DNA of 64,000 nt. Source: the human T2T-CHM13v2.0 reference genome, Homo sapiens. Both the position numbers and the translations under genes were made by a program. How positions within the stretch are numbered: position 1 is the first letter of the stretch; every line of letters begins with the position of its first letter. Of this stretch, positions 28,111 to 39,994 are shown one piece after another. The stretch lies in the NCBI RefSeq assembly GCF_009914755.1, contig NC_060939.1. One strand, given 5' to 3'. Below the pieces are notes generated by a model. The model saw only the letters and a program-made list of their open reading frames with translations. It made no database searches and was not told the DNA's origin.

Positions 28111-28116
28111 GAGGCT

Positions 28117-28240
28117 TCAGTTTACAGATGCGAACATTGAAATCTGGAGAGGGCAGGTGACTTGTCCAGGGTCACATAGCTAATAGGAGGCAGGACCAGA
28201 ATCTACACCCCCTAACTTCCTGTCCACTGTCCTTTCCTTC
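28117..28240 (-). mobile_element. MIR fragment
   Basis: tttacagatg...gtgacttgtccagggtcacatagctaa antisense MIR core. Confidence 0.75.
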
Positions 28241-28712
28241 ATAGGGTAAATATTTTACTCCAAGGAATTTCCAATCCCATAAGTTATGTTGACTATTTAC
28301 AAAGTAAAGGGTCCTGGTATATTTTTAATGAACATTCTGAACCTTACTGTTTTGGTCCTGCCCAGTTCTCTTCATGGTGGAAATCAGCTAAGCATTTTGA
28401 CAGAAACAGTTTTCATTTTGTCAGTACTTTACTATCCTAAAATCCTTAGCGTTTGATGACAGTCATTTTCTACACATTGCCATGAGCCTAAGGATGCGCC
28501 ACTAAGAATGAATTTGGAAGGACTGAAGACAATGTTTTCCTTTGGTCAATTTTTATATTGACTTTTCTTCTACTGGAAAAAAAATCCACAGATATTATGT
28601 TTACCATCTTCTCTTCCTGTAAGGATAAGGTAATATTTAAACCAACAGTAATTCATGAACATCTACTGATCATCACCAGGAATGACCAGTATATAGTATT
28701 CTAGAACTGTAG

Positions 28713-28880
28713 GCAGTAGAGCCTAGTGGCTAAGACACAAGCTTTGACGAGAGTCTGGAATCCCCGCCTGTGCACTTAGATATAACCAAACTCTCTAAAA
28801 GCTTCAGTTTCTTCATTTGTAAAATTGAAATTATGCCCATCACACAGGACTATTATGATAGTTAAATAAGATTAGTGCCT
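28713..28880 (+). mobile_element. MIR
   Basis: gcttcagtttcttcatttgtaaaattg core. Confidence 0.65.
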
Positions 28881-30119
28881 AATACCTCATAAAGCATAGC
28901 TCTAATAAAACTAGTATCGTATATTATAGTTGTATTATGTGTTATATAATTATAATTATATTACTACACCCATTGAAAATTCTACTTGAACGATATACAG
29001 CATTAAAAATGTGTGTTTCCTGTGTTAACATAAAAATCACTATAAGGTGTGTAGCTTGGCTTATTATTGCTTTTCTAAAGCTCATTTAGGAAAAGCCATT
29101 TTCCAAAACTTAAGAGACAGGCAGAACAAGATCCTCCTTTGAGAGCAGGCATATGTTTAATTGATTGTTTTAGCAGACAGATGTCTGGTTTAACATTCCT
29201 CTGCTCGGAGGAGAGGCTCAGAGACAGTGAGCCCATGTTACTTTTGATAGTGACTGAAGCCTTTGCCATAAATACAGCTTCAGCGGCGGCACAGCACAGG
29301 AACCAGCCAGGACTTCCACATCTGACTGACGGCTCAAATCCACCATGCACAAGATGAGCCCCCTAAAGGTGCATAGGTTTGTCATACTATAAAAGCTTTC
29401 TTTAAGAGGATTGAAATACCTTCTCCGGGTCATTGTTAATTCTTAGTTGTGAAATACCTTCTTCAGGCCATTCTTTTCAGTGAAAGAAAGCATAAAATGC
29501 TATTCGAATTTGATCTTTGAAAAAACAAAAAGGCAAAGCAAAAGGAATTTGGGGAAATCACTAGTTTGTTCCTGGATTCTTCCTCTGATTGATGACTGTG
29601 ACACTTTTTGGGGTGGCTTTTTAAAAGGACATGATTTTCGAAAGCGCACCACTCCTAAACATAAACCTCCTTAGGTCACAGGCAAGTTGTATAATTTCTA
29701 AACAATTGAACCAAGTACTGATGCTCCCCTCACAAAACACAGGCCAGTGATGTTGGAGGCAGATTCTGAGTCAGCTCTCCTAGGCAGCTGAAAACACTGT
29801 TACAAAAATGCCAGATATCGAAAAATGTGGCTTCTCTCATCTGGGGGCTTCAGAACATTCTGCAAACAATGAACTAAGCTTCCCATCTAAGTTCCAGTTA
29901 ACTAAGCTTCCAGTTAGATAAGTGGTCTTTTGTTGCTTACAGAGGATTTAACTAATGTTGTTTTGCTTCTTGTAGAAGTTGTTTATTTATTTACTTTACA
30001 ACATTAAAAAAACTTGAAAGAACACTTACACTGAAGAGAATGATTTCTCCTTCCATAATATATGCTATTGGAAAAATAAAAAAAATTTAAAAATAAATAT
30101 TAAAATGTGTTTTCACTCA

Positions 30120-30462
<343 letters not shown>

Positions 30463-31399
30463 AATTGCCCAGACCTACCTATATTCAGCACTCAGAGACT
30501 GTCTTTTCTTAGCTTGTTAGTAGTATCTCATGAAATACTAAAAGACAGGGATACCAAGTTGAGGCATATCGGTAGGCTCTTTCAGATGCACTCTCCAAAC
30601 TTCCAACCTCAATGGGTGGATGAGAACATCTGAAAGAAAACTGGTGGTGTGTGCTGTAACATTGTCCTCAATGCAGTGCCCTCAATAGCTCCTTCTATTG
30701 CAAATGTGTTGCGTAAATTATGAAAGGGGGAATTAGAGAGGAAAAAAAAATTACCTCTTTTAACTCAAAATAATAAAAGTTCAGCAGAACAGAAGTTACA
30801 GTCCTCAGGAATAACTTTGCAATGGACCCATTTAGCATGATAGAATTCGTGGTATAAAGATAATCCAGACTCTTTTGTTAACTGAATTTGAAAATTTCAA
30901 ATTAATTTGCATCAGATTCAACCTGGTACCCTATCTTGTTAAAAATATTAAGCCTGACACAACTGTCCTGAAATGGCTTGATCTGATTATTAACTAAAAT
31001 TGATCTGAGTTTACAATGCAATGAAGTCGAATTACAGAGTTGCCAAAATAATCAGTTCATTCATTCGTGGAGATGTGATGAGGAGATGTGATGAGGAAGG
31101 GCTTCTTGTTGGAGATGTGATGAGGAAGGGCTTCCTGACTGCTGTGGGAACCATAACCCCGCATGTGCTGAAATTGGAGGCTCACTAGAGACAGCTTGAT
31201 TGGCCCTCATCTTCTAGGGCTGGGAGTCAATATCGCCACTTTCAGAGGGCTCGGGTCAGTTCCAGAGCAGCTAATAGGCCCTCACAATGAAAACCCAGTT
31301 AGGGAGTTATCTGTTCTCGGATGCCTATGAGAAAGAATGTGTGTCTACACAGTATTTCATCTACAATTTATTGTCTACAGAAACCATTGACACACATAC

Positions 31400-31793
31400 A
31401 TATGCACACACACTCCTTTATCCTGTGTAGCAGAATGCATTTTAATCAGGAGCTTGGAGGGAGATGCTCAGCATCTTCACAGCACAGGTGAACTGGGCCA
31501 ATGATGAGCATGTGATACTGTTGTGACTGTGACACCCCTTGTGAAGTTTCATAGAAAGCTTTTCTTCCCTTTACTGTCATCCCCTTCCTTTTGATATAAG
31601 GCTGGGATGGTTATAGCTGCAGTGGCCATCAAGACAATGAGGAAAAAGATAAGAAACCACTAGAGCCACTGAGCCCATGTCAACATTGCCAACCCTCAGT
31701 CTCCTTACTATGTGAGAAAAATAAACTCCTCTTGTTTCAATTATTATTTATTAGGTATTCTGTTACTTGCACCCAAAAGCATTTCTAACTGAC
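31400..31793 (+). mobile_element. Old MaLR LTR (MLT1 family) remnant
   Basis: 3' end tgtgagaaaaataaac...ttctgttacttgca...ctaactgaca typical of MLT1. Confidence 0.6.
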
Positions 31794-32389
31794 AAAGGAA
31801 TCTCGTGGCTTTCTAGAATAGAGCCCTTGGTAATTTCTTATACTGCATGGTGGGAGAGATCCAGTTGAAATGTCTAACAAAGTCACTGATTGCTCAGACA
31901 TATCCAGAAACACTGATTTCTATGCAATCTGAAACTCTTAAGAGTGCTGTGATGGAAGTTAACTTCCCTTGGAGAGAAGAGGGACCCAGTAATTTATTAT
32001 GGAGCATCACCATCAAATTCCGTCTATAGTAGGATTCTGTGAAAATCTGTCGAGTCCCTGTGCCAGAACTGAAGTCTTCAAAGGCATCATTATTAGTATT
32101 GAGGTCAGAATTTTAAAATGAGTTACGGAAAGTAAAAGGCCCCCATAGAGAACTGTGGACAGAAATCCTTGGCCACATATACAATAATTTTGGGATAACC
32201 CTTTCCTTTTCCCTCTCTACTCCCCACCTCCAAAAAAGAACACCATGTTCACTGAATTATTCAGTTGAATATATTAGCCAGCTTTCTATTTTGCCAGAAC
32301 ATCTAAAATGTTGCAATGGCAACTTAAGTACTTAATACACATCTCATTCAAATGGGTGTGATTAGCTATTAAAGAAGAGGTAAAGCCTT

Positions 32390-32715
32390 GTCATGGAGTC
32401 GAGGAGCACTGACACCAGATACCTGGGCTTCAATCACAGATCCAGCTCTCACATGTGGTCTGGGTGATGCTAGCTGCTTTGTGTCCTTGTGCCGCAGTTG
32501 TCTCATATGTAACAATGGAGATAATAAGTACCTCTTGTGTGTGAATTGTAAAGATTAATGCATTTAATATAGGTAGAGTATTCATAACAGAACCTGACAC
32601 CTTATAAACACTTGATAAGTATTAGCTATTGCTATTACCCCTTTTCCAGATGGGGTCATTGAAGCTCAGAGAGGTTAGGTAGCTTATCCAAGATTTCCTA
32701 TCCAGTAATTAGTAA
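32390..32715. mobile_element. MIR fragments (opposing orientations)
   Basis: Sense core ~32390-32630, antisense cagatgggg..tgaagctcagagaggttagg ~32640-32715. Confidence 0.6.
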
Positions 32716-32786
32716 AACTATTTCAAAATGTTCCTCTAGTTTACATAATGTTGTTATAATTTATCTTTTATGCTATTTTAGAAAAT

Positions 32787-33180
32787 GTGGTAAACATTAT
32801 TAGTGCTCACCGATATTCAATTTTCCCCAACTTCCAGAATGTACAAGAGACTACACAATTTCCAGCCCCCTCGAGGCCACATTACAAATTCTAGCTAATG
32901 AAATGTGAGTGATGAGACCTGTATGTGTCAGGGAGACAATGAGAAACATTGCAGGATTCTTCATTCTTTCTCTTCCCTTGCTGTAACACCCAACCAAAGT
33001 TCCAGAAGTGGAATCTCCATCACCCTGGAGCACAGATAAACTAAATAGACCAACCTACATACCACCACCACCATCCTACAGCAGTCCTTTTAAAAACAGC
33101 AAGAAATAAACCTTTATGTGTTAAGCATTGAGATTTGGGAATTATTACCATAGCATCAGCCTGGTCTATCTCAACTAATA
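32787..33180 (+). mobile_element. MLT1-family LTR
   Basis: Starts tgtggta; ends aagaaataaaccttt..aagcattgagatttggg...ctaata. Confidence 0.65.
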
Positions 33181-33674
33181 AAGTTTCCAAATATTGTATA
33201 ACAGAAAAACCAGAGTATTGACTTAATATTCTATTTGATTAATATGACATTATCCCAGTGGCTCATTGATAACTCTTGTTTTTTTAGGGGATGGGGGTTG
33301 GGGTGAGGTTCATCTGGCATTATAGCAATGTTATAATGAGCCATAAGGAAAACTTAATGTACATTCTTCTACAGTTTAATTTCCTATGATAAGTAATAAT
33401 CATGCTGCAAACCTTCAGGACAGATATAAATATTATGAATATCAACAGCTCATAATTGTAGTATTTTAGAAAGCCTTAATGCTATTGTTGCTTAACATTT
33501 TTTTCAGGATATTAGAGAAAAATTTATTTTAAAATTATCATGGCCTTTTGAGGTTTAGAAAGGCATTTTAGCTTAACCTGCATGTAAGCAATCTTCAAGA
33601 AATCATAATATAAAATGTTTTTATTTCTCTTAACCTAGAGCATACAAATTTGAATCTTAAAAATAGATTAGTTT

Positions 33675-34650
33675 CCTAAGACACAGTTAAGAAAATGAAA
33701 GCATAAGCGACAGACTGGGATGAAATATTTGTGAATTCTAGCTGATTAAAAACTTGTATCCAGAATATTTAAAAACTCTCAATACTCAGTGATAAGAAAA
33801 CAAATAACCCAGTAAAAAATAATGGGCAAAAGATCTGAATAGTCATTTCACCAATGAAGAGATGTGTTGTGTAAGTACATAAAAAGATACTCAGCATCAT
33901 TAGTCATTAGTGAAATACAAATGAAAATCAGTGTGATACTACTACATACCTATTAGAATACCTTATATTAAACATTGACATTACCAAATGTTGAGGGAAG
34001 ATGTGGAGCAACTGGAACTCTCATACATAGCTGGTAGGAATGCAAAATGGTTAACTTGGTTAAACAACTTGGCATTTTCTTATAAAATTAAATACACAGT
34101 TACCTTATAACCCAGCAATTCCCCTAGACATTTACCCAAGAGATATAAAGACAAATGTACTCACAAAAACCTCTTCACAAGTATTTATAGCAATGTTATT
34201 CACGAATGCCAAAAACTGGAAACAAACCAAATGCCCACCATCTTCTGAATGAATACACAAACTGTGGTACATCCATATGACTGGACACAACTCAGTAATA
34301 AAAAAGAACCAACCACAGATGCATACCCCAACATGGATAAATCTCAAAAGACTTATGCTGAGTGGAAGAAGCCAGATTCAAAAGGCTATATACTGTATGA
34401 CTCCATTTATACAATATTCTGGAAAAGGAGAAACTGTAGGAACAGAAATCAAAGCAATAATTGCCAGGGGTTGAAGATGTGGTGGAGGGGAGGAAACTGA
34501 CTAAAAAGAAGCATCTGAGAACTTTTTAAAATGTTGTAAATATTCTCCCTCTTAATTCTGGTGGTTGCACACTGTATAAATGTGTTAAAATCATAGAACG
34601 CTGTGTGCCAAAAATGAGTGAATTCATAGTAAATTAAACCTCAGTAAAAC
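33675..34650 (+). mobile_element. L1M (MB/MC-type) ORF2 end and 3'UTR
   Basis: atgggcaaaagatctgaatag, gatgtggagcaactggaactctcatac, acccagcaattcc. Confidence 0.85.
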
Positions 34651-35221
34651 ACCAAAAAGTCAAACAAATGTAAAATTTTAAAAATAGATGATTAATAGTT
34701 TCAAATGAATTCTTCAAATTTTAGTAATGTTCTGACAGTTATAAGTTAAGCTTTTTTAATGCAATTCATTATATATAAAATGTTATCTATATTAATTTAT
34801 TCATACTAACTCCACTTGAAATATGTATATTCAATACATTAAACAATAAAGGCAAAATGGTCTAAGGGCCAAAATGTAAAAGAGTAAACTGTATTCAAGA
34901 CAACCAGAAAAAGCAAAATATATATCTTGCTTTAAAGTTTCAGAAAAAAAAGTCATTCAGTACAGTTCAACAAATATTTATTCAGCATATATTGTCTCAA
35001 TCTGTAAAATAGGCAGCTTTGCACATTTTAATGGCCCCAAAGAGCCGTACTGAATTCTCAAATCTACATTACTTTAAAGTAAGTTAGAAAATACCTTGAT
35101 GATATTACAGAATCCACTTTCTTAGAATAATACCTGGCCCATAATATGCAAATATATGCATTAGCTATCTTATTATTTAAATTTCTTCCACTCACCATTA
35201 TTATGCAAGTTTAATAATATC

Positions 35222-36160
35222 TGTTGAAGTTGCTTTTGTTAATGCTTACCCAGCAGCCACTCATCACCACTGCCACACTTTCTTTCTGCCCCAAGGTCAC
35301 TTTCATTTAGGTGTTCCCTGTCCCTTAGATGGCCATGTACTTTCTCAAAGGAAAAGAATACCAATCCCAGCCCCAAGGGACATGTCATGATTAGTATAAG
35401 CCAGTCATGGCGCCCTCCTTTCCTTACCATTAACTGGTGTAGCGCGGGCATATGATGCAAATTGGATGAAACCAAATAGAAAGTCTTCTGGAGGGCTTCT
35501 GGGAAAGGTATTCTTTGCTGATTAAGAACCACAAAGGGAGAAACAACCTCTCTTCTACCATTTGTGGTAGCCTCTGGATAAAATGTGGGAACTGCTACAG
35601 CAATCCAGCAACCAGGAGCAGTGCTAGACTGCAGAAGAGCCAACTCACTGAAAATGACAAGGCAGAAAAATGCAAGAAGCCTGGCATGGTGCCTCCTCCC
35701 TGTAATCCCAGCACTTTGGGAGGCCAAGGCAGGAGGGTTGGTTGAGCCCAGGGGTTCAAGACCAGCCAGGGCAACAGGAGGAAATCCTGTCTCTCCAAAA
35801 AAAAAGAAAAATTAGCTGAGCATGGTGGTATGCGCCTGTGGCCACAGCTACCAAGGAGGCTGAAGTGGGAGAATCAACAGCCCCGGAGGTGGAGGTTGCA
35901 GTTAGCCAACATAGCACCACTGCACTCCAACCTGGGCAACAGCACCAGACCCTGTCTAAAAAAGTTAACTAATTAAATAAATTTAATTAAAATGGAAGAA
36001 GCCTAAGACTCTCCTGATGTCCCTGAGTTGCTGCATCAATCCCAGAACTCTTCTACCTCCACATCTCCTGTCATCTGAGATGATACATTTTCTTTACTCC
36101 TTAAGCCAGTTGGGTCAGGTCTTTCTGTTATTTGGAGCCAAAAACGTCATAACTGATACA
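35222..36160 (+). mobile_element. Old MLT1-family LTR interrupted by AluJ
   Basis: ggcttctgggaaagg motif and 3' end ttaagccagtt...ttctgttatttg..gcc....aactgataca. Confidence 0.6.
35678..35990 (+). mobile_element. AluJ
   Basis: Diverged dimer; TSD aaaatg(c/g)aagaa. Confidence 0.88.
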
Positions 36161-36309
36161 TCTTACAACACATACATTGTTTTTCATGGGCTGGTGAGGG
36201 AGTGGGAAGCTAAGATCACAGAAAAGGAATCAGGGGATGCCACATTTATTTTTCAGTCCTTGAACATACAGAATAATATTTATTTTAGTTATTAAAAATA
36301 AGGATAAGA

Positions 36310-36425
36310 TACTAATATAAAATGTTGATAATAAGGGAAACTGGATGCAGGGTATATAGAAACTCTATGTTCACAGCTTTTCTGTAAATCTAAAACTGTT
36401 AGAAAATAAAAAGGTTATTTGCAAA
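36310..36425 (+). mobile_element. L1M 3' terminal fragment
   Basis: gggaaactgg...gaaactct...ttttctgtaaatctaaaactg. Confidence 0.65.
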
Positions 36426-38310
36426 AAGTGATAAAACATAACACAGTAGATACACAAAAAACAGTTTTTAAATTGAAATTCATGTATAGTAATATTTTAC
36501 GTGTGAGCAGCTTTTATGGCAAAATTTCTTTACTTATATAGTCATTTCCATGCATATCCCTGCAGAGTTAAAGCACTTCCTAAAAATGTGAGGGAGAACA
36601 GGAATTACTGTGTCCATTCAATAGATAAGAAAACAATCATACTGGAGAGATAAAGGGACGTGCAGGAGGCCACACAGTAATTAGTGACAAAGCCGAGAAT
36701 AGACCTGGCCTCCCATACAGACAACTTTGCTTTTTCCTCTTTCTCCTCTTAAAACAGGAAGACTCTTTTACAAAGCTCATGGAAACAGAAAATTTTCAGT
36801 TTGGTGGAAACTATTCAGACTATCTGATCACAGAGTGATAATTCAAATGCTATGAGGTGAAGAATTTTTTTTTCTCTCTTAATTTTGAAAAGAACGTAAC
36901 TGGAAAATCAATTGATTGAGCAAAAAACTCATTATACCAAGCACCCCCAAACACCTCAACTTTCACCAGACCTTAGCAACTTACAGTATATACACAGTAT
37001 GCTTAATTTCAATGAAAAGATGACTTTATACAATTCTATTTCTTAAATAAAACTAATCATATTCATTAGAATAAATGTATAAACAATGGGCAAAATTATC
37101 ATATATGTCTCTTTCAACTACTTTGCTAAATATAAAAACATTCTTATTCTGAAAGCCTTATTCATTTAAATTTTTTCACATAAATTACATGATGTGATGA
37201 AGTATAAGCTGAATATTGTCCAGTGAGGTCATATGTGAATTCCTGATGGGCTGTATAAAAACTTTGCCTAGTGTCATACTGGAACACAAAGACTCCTTTG
37301 ATTATTTAAAAAAAAAAAAAAAGGAAAAGGAAAAAAGGCAGAAGATTATATCTACCAGAAGGGTCTGAAGGAAAATTAAGGCCAGAACATTAATAACTTT
37401 ACTCAACAAAAAACTAGTAGATCATACCAGAGACCATCAAGTGTTCTCCCTGCATTTTAAGGAGAGGCAGACAACTGTCATTCTGTTGTGACAGGCAGCT
37501 GAAAGAGATCTATACCTCCACAAAGCATATTGACAGAAGATTGATTAATGACAGTGAAGAGAGCTTTGCTCTTGACATACTTCATGGTCTGTGATTAGGC
37601 CAGTGGGCTCAAGAGTGGGGAGCATTTATCCAAGAGTATATGTAGAAAAGGTATATTGGAACCTCTATTTGCTTTTTAATCTTAAAAAATAAAAACTTAA
37701 TTTTACTAATATTTAATATATTTTACTAATTTTACCAATATTTTCCAATATTTGTAAGTAAATACTAACAATTTATAAACAATTTGTAAATAAATGCATA
37801 GAGTTTAAGGGTGTGTGCACAATTTTTTCCCCTGACAGCAGTATGTGACCAATAACAGCAAGGATCTATAGGTACCATCTATGAGTGTCCACACTCACTT
37901 AATACAAATTACACACTCACTTTGACATGGCCATCCAAATATATTGATCTGCTGTGTCTTAAGTACTTCCAAGGCACATACTCACTTTTCAGATGTCTAG
38001 TCTCAACCTCACAGTGATGTACTATTGTAGTCTAGGTACCACAATAACAGAGAGCATACTATAGTTTAAGTGTGATGTGCCATTTTGCAAATGCCTAAGT
38101 ATTACATTTAGAAGATTAATATACTACACCACAGGACAGTAAAAATAAGAAACCAACTGACTTTGTAATTATTAGATCCACTGGTCAGTAGTGCTATGGT
38201 GGCAGATACTAAAATAGGAAGACAGACTATAAATAAGCCAACCAATGAATAAGCGTGTCAATGTTAAATAGTGATAAATGCAGTGAAGAAAAGAGAATAG
38301 ATGTGAGAGA

Positions 38311-38570
38311 GGCTGGGCACAGTGGCTCATGCCTGTAATCCCAACACATTGGGAAGCCAAGGCAGGAGGATTGCTTGAGCCCAGGAATTTGAGACCAGCC
38401 TGGACAACATGATAAGACCCTGTTTCTACAGAAAATTAAAAAAATTCACCAGGCATGGTGGCACACACCTGTGGTTTCAGCTACTTGAAAGGCTGATGTG
38501 AGAGGATCACTTGAGCCCAGGCAGGCAACAGAGCTGATCTCAAAAAAAAAAAAAAAAAAAGAAAAGAAAT
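38311..38570 (+). mobile_element. AluJ with internal right-arm deletion
   Basis: gagcccagg joins directly to ggcaacagag; long A tail. Confidence 0.85.
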
Positions 38571-38589
38571 AAAGACGACAGAAAAATAC

Positions 38590-39150
<561 letters not shown>

Positions 39151-39189
39151 TATTTTACCAAAATAAAAAAATTAGGTTTAAAGAATAAA

Positions 39190-39620
39190 AAGAGAGACCA
39201 GGCAAGAAATGATGGTAGCTTGGCCTAGGTTAGTAAAAGCGGATAGATATAGAATGTATTTTGGAGGTAGGACCTGGAGGACTTTTGGATAGATCAAGGG
39301 AGGCAAAGAGGAGGAAAAGTGAGAAGAAAACAGCACTCAAGAGTGACTTCTAGGTTTTTAACTTGAGCATGTGGTTAGATGGTGGTTCCATTCACAGAGC
39401 TGAGGAAGACCTGGGGCTTGTGATGGTGGTGAAGAACAAGTGGAGGAGAAATCTAGAGTTCTGGATATAGTAAGTTTGAGATGCCTACTGCCATACAACC
39501 AAATGCAGGTGTCAAACTGATAGTCAAAGAGTAAGTCTGGAGGTCAGAGGGAAGGGGGACTGTCCTGGAGATATGATCCTGGAAGTCATTCATATATAAA
39601 GACCTAAGAAGAGAATGTAG
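39190..39620 (-). mobile_element. L2 fragment
   Basis: tattttggaggtagg, taagtttgagatgcct, tggaggtcagag L2 antisense motifs. Confidence 0.7.
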
Positions 39621-39697
39621 TGAAAGAAGTTGGCCTTGCCATTATACTTGGCTTGAAAGCTCAGAATATATTATATAATCCAAGAAGATAGACTATC

Positions 39698-39994
39698 TTT
39701 TTTTTGTTTTGTTTTGAGATGGAGTCTCGCTCTGTCGCCCAGGCTAGAGTGCAGTGGCATGATCTCGGCTCACTGCAACCTCTGCCTCCCAGATTCAAGC
39801 AATTCTCTGCCTCAGCCTCCTGAGTAGCTGGGATTACAAGTGCCCACCACCACGCCCAGCTAATTTTTGTATTTTTAGTAGAGACAGGGTTTCACCATCT
39901 TGGCCAGGCTGGTCTTGAACTCCTGACCTTGTGATCCACCTGCCTCGGCCTCCCAAAGTGCTGGGATTACAGGCGTGAACCACCACTCCCAGCC
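39698..39994 (-). mobile_element. AluS (Sg-like)
   Basis: Antisense dimer; TSD gataga(c/a)tatcttt. Confidence 0.92.

Noticed and set aside
27501-28183. Long ORFs (97, 147, 93 aa) over the CpG-rich region
   Set aside because: GC-rich retrocopied 5'UTR lacks stops by composition; no recognisable domain
31069-31140. GTGATGA ... CTGA resembling a C/D-box snoRNA
   Set aside because: The boxes come from a local duplication; no terminal stem, and not in a host intron
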